Positions 1 to 9,932 of a DNA stretch of 64,000 nucleotides are shown here, piece after piece. Numbering within the stretch: position 1 is the first letter of the stretch; each line of letters starts with the position of its first letter. The stretch is from Syntrophales bacterium. GTDB lineage: Bacteria > Desulfobacterota > Syntrophia > Syntrophales > UBA4778. Position numbers and translations under genes: made by a program. A model generated the notes under the pieces. The model saw only the letters and a list, made by a program, of their open reading frames with translations. It was not told the DNA's origin and made no database searches. The stretch lies in assembly GCA_963665615.2 (NCBI GenBank), contig CAXXQE010000007.1, forward strand, positions 310,001 through 374,000, written 5' to 3'.

Positions 1-2417
1 GTTTCATCGCATACCACATTGGATGTTTCGATCACGATCTTTCCCGTTTTGCTGATGGCGTCACGGGCATTAACCGTCAGATTGGCCAGAAGCTGGTCAA
101 CCTGAGACGGGTCCATCTTGATCTGCCAGAGGCGTTTTCCCGGTATCCAAACCAGATCGATATTCTCACCGATTAGCCTCTGGAGCATCTTGAGCATTCC
201 GGCGATCGTATCATTCAGGTCCAGTACCTTGGGTTTGATCGTTTGTTTGCGGGCAAAGGCCAGCAACTGTCTGGTCAGGTCCGCAGATCGCATGCCCGCA
301 TTCAGGATATCGTTCAGCGGCTTATAGAGCGGATCCGCCGGGTTCATTTTCATGATGACCAGTTGGGCACTGCCGATGATCACGCTAAGCATGTTGTTGA
401 AGTCATGGGCTACGCCGCCAGCGAGCCGACCCACGGACTCCATCTTTTGAGACTGCGTCAGTTGAATCGCGAGGTTCTTTTTCTCTTCCTCGGCCTGCTT
501 TAGCTCGGTGATATCCTGAGAGAATCCGAAAATACGAAGCGGCTTGTTTTTCGGGCTGTAGAAGACTTCCCTCTCTTCGTGCAGGTATTTTATCCGTCCG
601 TCGGCGAAGAGCAGCCGGTAAGTAAACTTGGACGGTTGATGATTTTCCAGACACTGCCTATAAGCAGCGACGAGCGCCTCGCGATCTTCCGGATGGACAG
701 TATCGAGGACAGTCTTGTATGTAGGGGTAAAGCACCCGGTGTCTTTCTCGAAAATCCGGAAGATCTCTTCGGACCAGGTGATCTTCTTCGTTAGAAGATC
801 AACATCCCAGCTCCCAAGGTGGGCGAGCCGATGCGCTTCAATCAGCTGCTTCTGACTCTCCCGTAGCGTCTTCTCCGCCCGCTTGCGCTCGGTGATGTCA
901 TTCATCTGAAGTAAAAAATGTTTCTTCCCGGCAACATCGATAACCTCACCTGAGGCAAGACAGTCGCGCACATCGCCAGCTTTGGTCCCGAGCAATATCG
1001 GGTAATCCCTCAGACATCCGTTTCGCTCGAATATGCATCGCAAGGCGTCGCGGCCTTCAGGCGAAAGAATACCGAGTTCGACGGAGGTGCGGCCAATGAC
1101 CTCCTCACGGGAGAATCCATGCATCTGCAAGAAACTTTCATTCACATCGAGAAAGCGTCCACCCGCCATCGTGGATATGGACGTAATAGCTGGATTGGCA
1201 TAAAAGGCCTTAAAGAACTTCTCCTCACTGCTCCTGAGGGCCTCTTCGGCCAGCTTGCGATCCGTTATGTCGCCAAGAAAGTTCAGCGCAGCGGGTTTTC
1301 CCTCCCACTGCACCAATACAGAGTTTAACTCCACCCACCGCATCTCTCCCGACGGATGCATAAGCTTGAACTCGTATCTGGAAGGAGCTTCTTCTGCGTT
1401 CAGTCTTTTCGTGTATGTGTCCAGAACCAGCTCGCGGTCATCGGGGTGTATGAAATCGATGAAAGGCCTTGATTCCAGTTCTTCCTTGGGATAACCGAAG
1501 AGTTTTTCCGTCGCAGGGTTCGTAAACTTGAAACATCCATCCTGCACGATATAGACGGCTTCGCCAGCGTTCTCCACCAAAACACGGTACTTTTCCTCGC
1601 TCTCTCGCAATCTTTCTTCGGCCAGCTTGCGATCCGTGTTGTCTCTGGTATCAGTGAATATATGAGGAATTCCATCGATATCAATCACTGAAGCAGACAT
1701 GCTCCCAGATATAATTCTTCCATCCTTCCTACGAAACTTCACATCAAAACTTTCTACTTTTCCGTCGCGGGCCAGTCCTTCTATCAACCGCGTCCAGTCT
1801 TCCGGATTCTCCCAGATACTAACATCAGAGGAGGTCCTGCCGATGAGCTCCGATTCAGTATATCCCGTACGTCTGGTGAATCTTTCATTAACCAGATAAT
1901 ACATGCCATCGGAAAGTCGATTGATAGCGATAGCGGCCTGTTTTGTTTGAAAGACCCTCCTGAATTTTTCTTCGCTCTCTCTTAGCTTCTCTTCCGCCAG
2001 CTTACGATCAGTAATATCCCGGGAAACGCCCACCATGGAGATAGAATTGCCATCCAGACCAATTACGGGTGTGCCTGTCGCAAGGTGCCAATGCCAGGTG
2101 CCGTCAGCATGCCTGACACGGTATTCCGGACTTTGTAATACTTCCTTGGAGGTAAGCACTCTTTTAAGATATTTGACGCATGCGGCTATATCATCCGGAT
2201 GGACGAGCGGAACAAAAGACGTACCGATCAAAGATGATGGCTGAAAGCCTGTTACCCTTGCCCATGACACTGAGACATCACGAAACAGTCCGTCTGAATT
2301 CATGTCCCAGATGAGGTCTGGACAATGATCGACAAGTAACTTGTATCTGGCCTCAACCTGCGGCGTTGATTGATCTGTTCCTTGGTATTTCGTGACAAGA
2401 TAGCCTATCTGGTTCAT
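1..2417 (-). CDS. Multi-PAS sensor histidine kinase (5 PAS/PAC + HisKA/HATPase), 3' end outside window
   Basis: Missing from the ORF track because the stop lies off-window. Manual translation starts MNQIGYLV..., has five PAS units mostly ending in DITDRK/DITERK-like linkers, then QKMESVGRLAGGVAHDFNNML and QVDQLLANLTVNARDA. The frame is consistent at 2417, ~1685 and ~5. Confidence 0.9.
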   Translation of the reverse strand, partial: MNQIGYLVTKYQGTDQSTPQVEARYKLLVDHCPDLIWDMNSDGLFRDVSVSWARVTGFQPSSLIGTSFVPLVHPDDIAACVKYLKRVLTSKEVLQSPEYRVRHADGTWHWHLATGTPVIGLDGNSISMVGVSRDITDRKLAEEKLRESEEKFRRVFQTKQAAIAINRLSDGMYYLVNERFTRRTGYTESELIGRTSSDVSIWENPEDWTRLIEGLARDGKVESFDVKFRRKDGRIISGSMSASVIDIDGIPHIFTDTRDNTDRKLAEERLRESEEKYRVLVENAGEAVYIVQDGCFKFTNPATEKLFGYPKEELESRPFIDFIHPDDRELVLDTYTKRLNAEEAPSRYEFKLMHPSGEMRWVELNSVLVQWEGKPAALNFLGDITDRKLAEEALRSSEEKFFKAFYANPAITSISTMAGGRFLDVNESFLQMHGFSREEVIGRTSVELGILSPEGRDALRCIFERNGCLRDYPILLGTKAGDVRDCLASGEVIDVAGKKHFLLQMNDITERKRAEKTLRESQKQLIEAHRLAHLGSWDVDLLTKKITWSEEIFRIFEKDTGCFTPTYKTVLDTVHPEDREALVAAYRQCLENHQPSKFTYRLLFADGRIKYLHEEREVFYSPKNKPLRIFGFSQDITELKQAEEEKKNLAIQLTQSQKMESVGRLAGGVAHDFNNMLSVIIGSAQLVIMKMNPADPLYKPLNDILNAGMRSADLTRQLLAFARKQTIKPKVLDLNDTIAGMLKMLQRLIGENIDLVWIPGKRLWQIKMDPSQVDQLLANLTVNARDAISKTGKIVIETSNVVCDE

Positions 2418-2740
2418 TTAATGTTCCCACAAAGAATGTTCATTGCAGTTCATGACGGACGTATAAAAAAAGAAAAGCGAAAGAATTCGACCGTCTCAAT
2501 GAATTGATTTCATTACCATGATTGCCATTAAAATCTGCTCCGAATGAACTCGTTTTCACCTATCACTTTCAGACTGGAAATAACTATCGGTGAAATTCTT
2601 ACCGCACCCCCAGATGGGCCTACACTGGGGAGTAGCTGTACCATAGGATCTTCCTTCAGATTTGTCAGCTGTAAATTTATCATATAATGTGGAATGGGTG
2701 CGGTCTGAATGAAGTTTTTCCGATCGCACTATAGCAACAT

Positions 2741-2785
2741 AAAAAATAAAGGGGTTAACGAAGATCGCTAACCCCTTTATTTTAT
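2741..2785. terminator. Hairpin/intrinsic terminator abutting the tRNA 3' end
   Basis: ATAAAGGGGTTA...TAACCCCTTTAT inverted repeat with A/T tails. Confidence 0.7.
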
Positions 2786-2862
<77 letters not shown>

Positions 2863-3005
2863 TCATGTCCCGTGATTCGTGCTGGACAATACTGATTTCC
2901 CGCCTATTTGTCAACCGCTTTTTCGGGTTCTCCTGAGTAAGTTCACTGCAGGGTTCGATGTTTCTGCGTTTTCCTGTCACTCGTCACTGCAGCGCCAGTC
3001 GCTTA

Positions 3006-4025
3006 TCAGCAAATTCTCGGCACCAGTTCGCCCACCGGCAGATCGATCATTCTTTCTCCGCCGATGGCGGTTCTCAAAACCACACGTCCCGAGGCCATCC
3101 CTGGCTTTTCCCTTACCTCACCGATGATGACAGAATCGCATCCAAACGCATCCTGCCGCATGGACGCCAGAACGGCATCGGCATCGGCGGCCGGGCAGAA
3201 AACCACGAGCTTACCTTCGTTAGCCAGGAAAAGCGGATCGAAACCGAGGATCTCACAGACACCACGGACCGATTCGCACACAGGGATGTTGTCCTCCAAC
3301 AGATACACCTCATAAGGCGTCGCTTTGGCCATTTCCGCAAGGATCGCCCCCAGACCGCCACGCGTCGCATCCCGCATGCAGTGGATATTGGGGCTTGCCT
3401 GAAGAATCCTCTCCACGAGTCCGTTGAGTGGGGCAGAGTCGGACAGAATCTCTGTGACGGAAACAACTGACTCTCTGGCATTCAGAATGGCAGCCCCATG
3501 ATCCCCAACCGCGCCATTGACGATTACGACATCGCCGGAGCGAATGCTCTGAACGCTGAGCGGGGCCGCATAATCGACAACCCCGATGCCGCTGGTATTG
3601 ATGTAGATCCCGCCTCCGGAGCCTCTGGGAACGACCTTCGTATCGCCGGTAACGATCTGAACCCCTGCCCTTCGGGCCGCCTCCGCCATGGATTGCGTGA
3701 TCCTCTCCAGATCAGCATAGGAAAAGCCCTCCTCGATGATGAAGCCCGCACTGAGCGCTACCGGCCTTCCGCCACACACCGAGAGATCGTTAACCGTCCC
3801 GTGAACCGCAAGCGAGCCGATATCACCCCCCGGAAAGAAGATCGGACTGACAACGTAGGAGTCCGTGGTAAAGCAGAGCCTCGTCCCTTTGACATCCAGC
3901 AGCGCGCTGTCCTCCAGACGATTTAGAAAAGTGTTGGAAAAATATTTCACAAACAAACCCTGGATGAGCTCAGCTGTCAGAAGGCCGCCGTTGCCATGTT
4001 CCAGCAGAATTCTCTCGTATTTCAT
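3006..4025 (-). CDS. hypE: Hydrogenase maturation protein HypE
   Basis: FTTDSYVV, GTVNDL, TGDTKVV, MRDATRGG motifs and C-terminal PRIC. Confidence 0.96.
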   Translation of the reverse strand: MKYERILLEHGNGGLLTAELIQGLFVKYFSNTFLNRLEDSALLDVKGTRLCFTTDSYVVSPIFFPGGDIGSLAVHGTVNDLSVCGGRPVALSAGFIIEEGFSYADLERITQSMAEAARRAGVQIVTGDTKVVPRGSGGGIYINTSGIGVVDYAAPLSVQSIRSGDVVIVNGAVGDHGAAILNARESVVSVTEILSDSAPLNGLVERILQASPNIHCMRDATRGGLGAILAEMAKATPYEVYLLEDNIPVCESVRGVCEILGFDPLFLANEGKLVVFCPAADADAVLASMRQDAFGCDSVIIGEVREKPGMASGRVVLRTAIGGERMIDLPVGELVPRIC

Positions 4026-4038
4026 TTGTTCTCCTTAT

Positions 4039-6312
4039 TCACGCTACGCACAGTGTGCTCGCCGCCACCACGGCCTGCCCCAGCGATATTCCCCCGTCGT
4101 TCGTCGGAACGAGTCGATGGGCATAAACTTCAAAACCTGCCCGCTGCAATTCAGAAACCGTCCCTTCCAGCAAAATCCGGTTCTGAAAACAGCCACCACT
4201 GAGGACGACCCGATTCAATCCGCATTCCTCGCGAATCCATCGCGACGCCTCTCCAAAAGCCTTATGGAGCGTACCATGAAAGCGGCTGGCCAATTCATGC
4301 TCCCTTCCCTCGCCTGCCGCAACGGATTTTGCCGTGTAGCGCACCGCCTCTCGAAAATCCACCAGAAACCCGTCGTCTTCGCGAGACAGCTCAAAGGGAA
4401 GCGGTTCAGTCTCCTGCCAATCGGCCGCGGCCTCCAGGGCCATTGCCGCCTGACCTTCAAAGGTCACATGCCGGCAAAGTCCCAAAAGCGCGCCCATTCC
4501 ATCGAAAAGCCGACCGAGCCCCGATGAAAGCGGCATATTCGTTTTGCTGGCGAACATCTTGTTGAGCGTATCCACGATGGTTGAATTCGCGACCAGATTC
4601 AAATCCAGCGCCATCGATGGCCATGCATCACCCAGCGCATCCCTGAGAAGCCCTGCCGCTATCCGCCACGGCTCAAGGATCGCCCGCTCGCCGCCAGGTA
4701 GTGCCATATATCGGAGATGACCGACTCTTCGATACGACATTTCAGCGGCGATCATAAACTCACCGCCCCAGGCATTACCGTCCGGGCCATAGCCGGTACC
4801 GTCCATAGAAAGACCGATCACGTCGCCCGACAGCCCGTTTTCTGCCATACAGCTCACGATGTGGGCATGGTGATGCTGCACCCCGACAACGTCTTGCGAA
4901 AGCTCGGAGGCCAGTTGCGTTGTGTAATATCCGGGATGGAGATCGCAGGCTATCCGGCGCGGAGCCGATTCCGTAATGCGCTTAATCAGGGCGAGACTCT
5001 CATGAAAAAAGTCCCGTGCCTGTGGTGTTTCCATGTCGCCGATATGGGGGGTCAAAAAGGCATGACGCCCCTTCAACAGACATAGCGTTCCCTTCAGATG
5101 CGGTCCCAGGGCCAACACCTCGGGATAGGATCGATGAAGCGGTATCGGCATCGGCGCAAATCCGCGTGACCGCCTGATGAGTCTCTGCCGCCCTGCAGCT
5201 ACGAAGGCGATGGAATCATCGCAGCGCACCAGGATATCGCGGTTGTGAATCAGAAAATAATCCGCAATCCCCTTCAGTCGCTCGACCGCCTCGCGATTGC
5301 CGATGCAGATCGGTTCATCCACCTGGTTGGCACTTGTCATGACGAGGAACGGCGGACCCTGCAAGAGCAGATGATGCAGCGGTGTGTAAGGCAACATGAT
5401 CCCGAATTGCCCCACGCCCGGCGCGACGCCGTGTGCGATTGCGGCACCAGCCTTCTTTTTCACCAAGACAATCGGACGCTGCGAGGACAATAGAAGACGT
5501 TCTTCCTTGAATCCAATCTCGGCAATGGCGCGGGCTTCGTCTAGATCGCGCACCATGAGCGCCAGCGGCTTTTCCTCGCGATACTTCCGGGTTCGAAGCG
5601 CCTGCACCGCCGTCTCGCTGGTCGCATCCACGCAGAGATGGAACCCTCCCAGTCCCTTCACAGCCAAGATTTTACCGGCCTTGATGAAATCGATTGTCAT
5701 CGAGACTGGATCAAGGGATTCGATTTTCAGGCCGTCACTATCCAGGAGCGTCAGCGACGGACCGCAGACCGGGCAGGCATTGGGTTCCGCATGAAATCGT
5801 CGATCCGTCGGATTTTTATATTCGGCATCGCACTGCGAACACATCGGGAAACAGGCCATGGACGTGTATTGACGATCGTAAGGAATATCCCGGATAATCG
5901 TCAGTCTCGGACCGCAATGGGTGCAATTGATGAAAGGATAGCGGTAACGGCGATCGGCCGGATCGGAAAATTCTTTCAGGCACGCCGGGCAAACGGCGGT
6001 GTCGGGGGGCAGATGGAGGGCATTGACGCCGTCGGTATCGCTGACAAGAATCTCAAATCCCGCTTCTCCGGAAGGCGCTATCTCCTCTTTGTCAATATCG
6101 ACGATATCGGCTAGCGGCGGCAGATCTCTTCGAACGTGCTCAATAAAAAGATCGATTGCATCCTGCTGTCCTTCTACTTCAACAAGCACACCATCCGGAC
6201 GATTCCGGACAAATCCGCTCAGGGCATATTGCACCGCCCGCCCGTAAACATAAGGCCGAAAGCCGACACCCTGAACCGTACCTGAGAACAGAAAACGATA
6301 TCGTTTAACCAC
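4039..6312 (-). CDS. hypF: Carbamoyltransferase HypF
   Basis: GTVQGVGFRP acylphosphatase domain, CTHCGPR zinc fingers, QHHHAH, PTNDGGISLGQ. The GTG start at 6312 overlaps the hypB stop and has an AGGAG RBS. Confidence 0.95.
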   Translation of the reverse strand: MVKRYRFLFSGTVQGVGFRPYVYGRAVQYALSGFVRNRPDGVLVEVEGQQDAIDLFIEHVRRDLPPLADIVDIDKEEIAPSGEAGFEILVSDTDGVNALHLPPDTAVCPACLKEFSDPADRRYRYPFINCTHCGPRLTIIRDIPYDRQYTSMACFPMCSQCDAEYKNPTDRRFHAEPNACPVCGPSLTLLDSDGLKIESLDPVSMTIDFIKAGKILAVKGLGGFHLCVDATSETAVQALRTRKYREEKPLALMVRDLDEARAIAEIGFKEERLLLSSQRPIVLVKKKAGAAIAHGVAPGVGQFGIMLPYTPLHHLLLQGPPFLVMTSANQVDEPICIGNREAVERLKGIADYFLIHNRDILVRCDDSIAFVAAGRQRLIRRSRGFAPMPIPLHRSYPEVLALGPHLKGTLCLLKGRHAFLTPHIGDMETPQARDFFHESLALIKRITESAPRRIACDLHPGYYTTQLASELSQDVVGVQHHHAHIVSCMAENGLSGDVIGLSMDGTGYGPDGNAWGGEFMIAAEMSYRRVGHLRYMALPGGERAILEPWRIAAGLLRDALGDAWPSMALDLNLVANSTIVDTLNKMFASKTNMPLSSGLGRLFDGMGALLGLCRHVTFEGQAAMALEAAADWQETEPLPFELSREDDGFLVDFREAVRYTAKSVAAGEGREHELASRFHGTLHKAFGEASRWIREECGLNRVVLSGGCFQNRILLEGTVSELQRAGFEVYAHRLVPTNDGGISLGQAVVAASTLCVA

Positions 6313-6976
6313 CGCGCTCCTGCTTTTTGGACATCTCAATCTGATCGGACAGCCAATCGTACCAGCCGTCAAGCCCCTCCTGAGATTTACACGACACTTC
6401 GAAAATGGTGATAGTCTGATTCAGGGAGCGAGCCGCCGCCTTCGCCTTGGCCAGATCAAAATCTACATAGGGCAGCAGATCGATCTTGTTGATCAACAGC
6501 ACCGACGACTCCTGAAACATCAGCGGATACTTACCCGGCTTGTCCGCCCCCTCCGGGGTACTGAGGAGCATGACCTTGTGATTTTCACCAATCTTGAACT
6601 CTGCGGGGCAGACGAGGTTCCCCACATTCTCGACGATCATAAGATCCAATTCGTCGAGATTGAAGGCCGGAAGCGCTTCGCGGATCATATTGCCGTCGAT
6701 GTGGCAGCCGCCGCCGGTGTTGATTTGAACGACAGGAATCCCGAGTGCCGCAACACGATCGGCATCGTAGGTATCCTGAATATCCCCCTCGATGACGCCA
6801 ATGCGATAACGATTCCGCAGCGCCTGAATGGTTTTTTCAACCAGCGTGGTCTTCCCGGCCCCCGGCGAACTCATCAAATTAATCACGAAAAGTCCATGTC
6901 GATCAAACAGGGCCCTGTTGTCGGCAGCGATCCTGTCATTGGCATCCAGCACGTTCTTAACAACGGTAACCTTCAT
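6305..6976 (-). CDS. hypB: Hydrogenase nickel incorporation GTPase HypB (short form)
   Basis: SSPGAGKTT, GGGCHID, ENVGNLVCP, NKID. Confidence 0.96.
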   Translation of the reverse strand: MKVTVVKNVLDANDRIAADNRALFDRHGLFVINLMSSPGAGKTTLVEKTIQALRNRYRIGVIEGDIQDTYDADRVAALGIPVVQINTGGGCHIDGNMIREALPAFNLDELDLMIVENVGNLVCPAEFKIGENHKVMLLSTPEGADKPGKYPLMFQESSVLLINKIDLLPYVDFDLAKAKAAARSLNQTITIFEVSCKSQEGLDGWYDWLSDQIEMSKKQERGG

Positions 6977-7011
6977 GAAACCTCTCAATGCGATTGAACT
7001 CGCGCGTCACG

Positions 7012-8100
7012 TTAATTGAATTTGAAATACGCTGCACACGTCCCCTCCGAAGACACCATGCAGGGGCCGATCGGATTGACGGGGGAACAGACCGTGCGAA
7101 ACAGTGGACACTGTTCGGGAGTCTTCACGCCTTTCAGGATATCGCCACACCCGCATCCTGCAATGTCTTTCGATACGATATCCGGAACCGCGCAGCGGTT
7201 GAATACATCAAACTGCGAATAGTCGTCGCGAAGCGCCAGACCGCTTCCGGGGATCACGCCAATCCCGCGCCATTCGGCATCAACAGCATAAAAGACCCGA
7301 TCCAGCATCTCCATCGCCCGGCGATTACCCCGAGGCTTGACCCCGCGTGTGTATTGAATCGCAACATCCATCTGCCCGCTTTCAATCTGCTGCAGGATCA
7401 TGAGAATGCCCTGAAGAATATCGACCGGTTCGAAACCCGTAATCACCGCCGCCTTGCCGGCCTCGGGAATCATGCGATAGGCCTCGGATCCCGTCATGCT
7501 GCTGACATGGCCGGGACAGAGGAAACCGTCTATCTGCAGCTGCGGATCGGCAATCAGCGCCCTGAGCGCCGGCGGCACCGTTTTATGGGTCGAAAAGAGC
7601 GATATATTCCCTATCCCCTTCAGGCGGAAGGTCTCCAGCGCCGCGGCAATCGTGGGTGCGGTCGTCTCGAAACCGATCCCCATCAGGATGACCTCTTTGC
7701 CCGGAGCGCCCTTCGCTATGGCGCCACATTCCAGGGCGGACGAGATAATGCGAATGTCCGCACCCGCGGCCCGCTTCTTCTGGAGGCTCTCGCCGCCGGC
7801 TCCCGGCACGCGCAGCATATCACCGAAGGTGGCAAAGATCACATCCTCGCGTCCCGCCAGGTAGAGCGCCGTATCGACATCTTTCGCCGATGTCACACAG
7901 ACGGGGCAGCCAGGCCCAGATATCAGCCGGATCGACTCCGGCAAAACCTTCCGGATGCCGAATCGACCGATCGCGTGCGTGTGGCTGCCGCAGATCTCCA
8001 TCAGAGTGACAGGATGATCGATCCGCCCGGCTACTTTCCGGATGGCGGCAATGAGCCCGCGGGCCATCGCGGGATCGCGGTATTCGTCAATAAATTTCAT
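7012..8100 (-). CDS. hypD: Hydrogenase formation protein HypD
   Basis: MEICGSHT, GPGCPVC, GFETT, PGHVS, GPCMVSSEGTCAAY. Confidence 0.97.
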   Translation of the reverse strand: MKFIDEYRDPAMARGLIAAIRKVAGRIDHPVTLMEICGSHTHAIGRFGIRKVLPESIRLISGPGCPVCVTSAKDVDTALYLAGREDVIFATFGDMLRVPGAGGESLQKKRAAGADIRIISSALECGAIAKGAPGKEVILMGIGFETTAPTIAAALETFRLKGIGNISLFSTHKTVPPALRALIADPQLQIDGFLCPGHVSSMTGSEAYRMIPEAGKAAVITGFEPVDILQGILMILQQIESGQMDVAIQYTRGVKPRGNRRAMEMLDRVFYAVDAEWRGIGVIPGSGLALRDDYSQFDVFNRCAVPDIVSKDIAGCGCGDILKGVKTPEQCPLFRTVCSPVNPIGPCMVSSEGTCAAYFKFN

Positions 8101-8317
8101 TGTCGATCAGTTCCTGCAGACAGGCGAGTTTCTCCAGGGCATCGGCCTCGTCGATCCGGTGAATCGCATAGCCCGCGTGACAGAGCACGTAATCGCCAAC
8201 GACGGCAGGCTCATCGACGATATCCAGACAAACCTCCCGACGCGTACCGCTGATGTCGATGACCGCATAGTTGTTCTCGTCGATCGAAATAATCTTTCCC
8301 GGAAAACCGATACACAT
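8087..8317 (-). CDS. hypC: Hydrogenase assembly chaperone HypC
   Basis: N-terminal MCIGFPG, VGDYVLCHAGYAI. Confidence 0.95.
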   Translation of the reverse strand: MCIGFPGKIISIDENNYAVIDISGTRREVCLDIVDEPAVVGDYVLCHAGYAIHRIDEADALEKLACLQELIDNEIY

Positions 8318-8327
8318 AGTCCCTGCC

Positions 8328-8672
8328 TCAATCCACGTCCATTTCTTCGAGTTTCAATTCCTCCGTCCCAGCCGCCAGAATCACCTCCGATGAGTGGCAG
8401 CGCGGGCAAAGGATATCGAATACCTCTATTTCCGTATCTGCGTTGCAGGCAAAACAGTGGACCACCGCCGGAAGCGCCTTGAAGATCAGTTTTGCACCCT
8501 CTGCCCGTCCGCCGCGCGACTGCACACCGAATGCAAATTCAAAGGCCTGCGGTGAAACGCCATTCAGCCGGCCATATGAAAGCGTAATCTCGTTGACTTT
8601 ATCGAAATGATGCTCGTCGGCGTATTGATCGACGATCTCCAGAACCGACATGACCAGGGACAGTTCATGCAT
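8328..8672 (-). CDS. hypA: Hydrogenase nickel metallochaperone HypA
   Basis: MHELSL start, CxxC...CPxC. Confidence 0.95.
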   Translation of the reverse strand: MHELSLVMSVLEIVDQYADEHHFDKVNEITLSYGRLNGVSPQAFEFAFGVQSRGGRAEGAKLIFKALPAVVHCFACNADTEIEVFDILCPRCHSSEVILAAGTEELKLEEMDVD

Positions 8673-9177
8673 CGGCGCACCGCTCCAGATGAACGCCCAG
8701 CCGGTTCAACTCCGCGATCAACAGCGCCTCCATCTTCGGAAACCGCGCTGTCATCACCGGTGTCATCTCCATTGCCATCTCGGAGATGTTCTCTGGAACG
8801 ATGCACAGGAAGACGATTTCCGGCAATTCGTCCATGAGCTCGACCTTGAAGAGCAGATCTGAAAAGGACACATCATGCGCCGAGGTGGGAGGCGGCATGT
8901 GGATCGCCATTTCCTCCTTCGTGAAGCGATAGATGGAACCCGGTTGATCGTCCAGTTTCAAGACGTCAATGACAATCAGATTCCGGCAGCCGCTAATGAC
9001 GTCGATCAGTCGGTAGCCCAGGGTTCCCCCGTCCACAAAGCGAACGTTGCCCGCCGGCGTATGGCGCTCAGAAAACCAGCGCAGAAAGTGGACCCCGAAC
9101 CCCTCATCGCGAAGGATAATATTCCCGATCCCAAGAACCGTTACATCCGTCTTCTGCTGAACATCCTCCAAAAGCAC
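8665..9177 (-). CDS. Hydrogenase maturation endopeptidase (HyaD/HybD family)
   Basis: VLGIGNIILRDEGFG, VDGGT, SAHD; start codon uncertain (9171-9192). Confidence 0.92.
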   Translation of the reverse strand: MLLEDVQQKTDVTVLGIGNIILRDEGFGVHFLRWFSERHTPAGNVRFVDGGTLGYRLIDVISGCRNLIVIDVLKLDDQPGSIYRFTKEEMAIHMPPPTSAHDVSFSDLLFKVELMDELPEIVFLCIVPENISEMAMEMTPVMTARFPKMEALLIAELNRLGVHLERCADA

Positions 9178-9192
9178 TCTCCTGCCCCTCAA

Positions 9193-9224
9193 TAAAAAGG
9201 GGGAGCATGATGCATCCCCCCTTC
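9193..9224 (-). terminator. Intra-operon terminator-like hairpin between hydrogenase structural and maturation genes
   Basis: Minus strand: G-rich arm, ATGCATCATGCT centre, CCCCC arm, then TTTTT. Confidence 0.6.
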
Positions 9225-9253
9225 ACATACTGCGCCTCTGTTTTGACTACCCG

Positions 9254-9922
9254 TTATTCCTTCGTCCGTTCAAACAGTCGGCCGCCGACCATGGAGGAGA
9301 TCGTTCCCTTCTTCAGGACCGCATCGTACCAGAAGGCCATGTAAATGTGAACGACGATAAAGAGAATAAAGAACCACGTGAAGATATGATGGACGTATCG
9401 CACCACGGCGAGCCCGCCCATCCCGTTCTCGATCGGCTTCACAAACTTGTACACCAGAGCCGTCCAACCGCCATGGTACCCCGCCCCCATCAGGATGAGG
9501 CCGGTCACAACAATCATGAAGACCATGCCCAGCAGTCCGATATAGGCCAGCGACTGCATCGGCCCATAGAGGCCCTTGTGCTCCGGCGCTTCCTTCCGGA
9601 TCAGCAGATAGAACTTGATCTGCTCGATCGTGGCGTCGATGTGGGCCCAGGCGAAAAAATCCTTCCAGTCTGCATGAAAACGCGAAAAGAAGGCGAGGTA
9701 GATCCGCCAGACAAAGAGAAACAGAAGAACCACCCCGAAGAAGATGTGCAGGTAGCGCACATCGCCCATGAAAGACTTCGTGGCCGTCTCGCCGGCATAC
9801 ATCGTTGCCGGCTCGGCAATGTAGAAACCCGAGGCAATCAGGATAAAAATGCTCAACGCCATGGTCCAGTGATTGATCCGCATCGGTACGGACCATTCTT
9901 TTTTGGCTACGATTTTTTCCAT
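9254..9922 (-). CDS. Ni/Fe-hydrogenase cytochrome b subunit
   Basis: WSVPMRINHW, VRYLHIFFG, YGPMQSLAY, VRYVHHIFTWFF...VHIY heme-ligand histidines in 4 TM helices. Confidence 0.93.
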   Translation of the reverse strand: MEKIVAKKEWSVPMRINHWTMALSIFILIASGFYIAEPATMYAGETATKSFMGDVRYLHIFFGVVLLFLFVWRIYLAFFSRFHADWKDFFAWAHIDATIEQIKFYLLIRKEAPEHKGLYGPMQSLAYIGLLGMVFMIVVTGLILMGAGYHGGWTALVYKFVKPIENGMGGLAVVRYVHHIFTWFFILFIVVHIYMAFWYDAVLKKGTISSMVGGRLFERTKE

Positions 9923-9932
9923 GGTCGCCCCC

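Noticed and set aside
1243..1640. Direct repeat CTTCGGCCAGCTTGCGATCCGT at ~1244 and ~1616
   Set aside because: It encodes the recurring TDRKLAE linker of tandem PAS domains; not a mobile or regulatory repeat.
118..2244. Many short ORFs called in the first 2.3 kb, suggesting a pseudogene
   Set aside because: They are shadows of one minus-strand kinase frame that lacks a stop inside the window.
6988..8253. Long antisense ORFs (e.g. 421 aa here, 21767-22945, 23045-24187, 62678-63796)
   Set aside because: They mirror well-supported genes on the opposite strand, as expected from GC-rich codon bias, and show no recognisable motifs.
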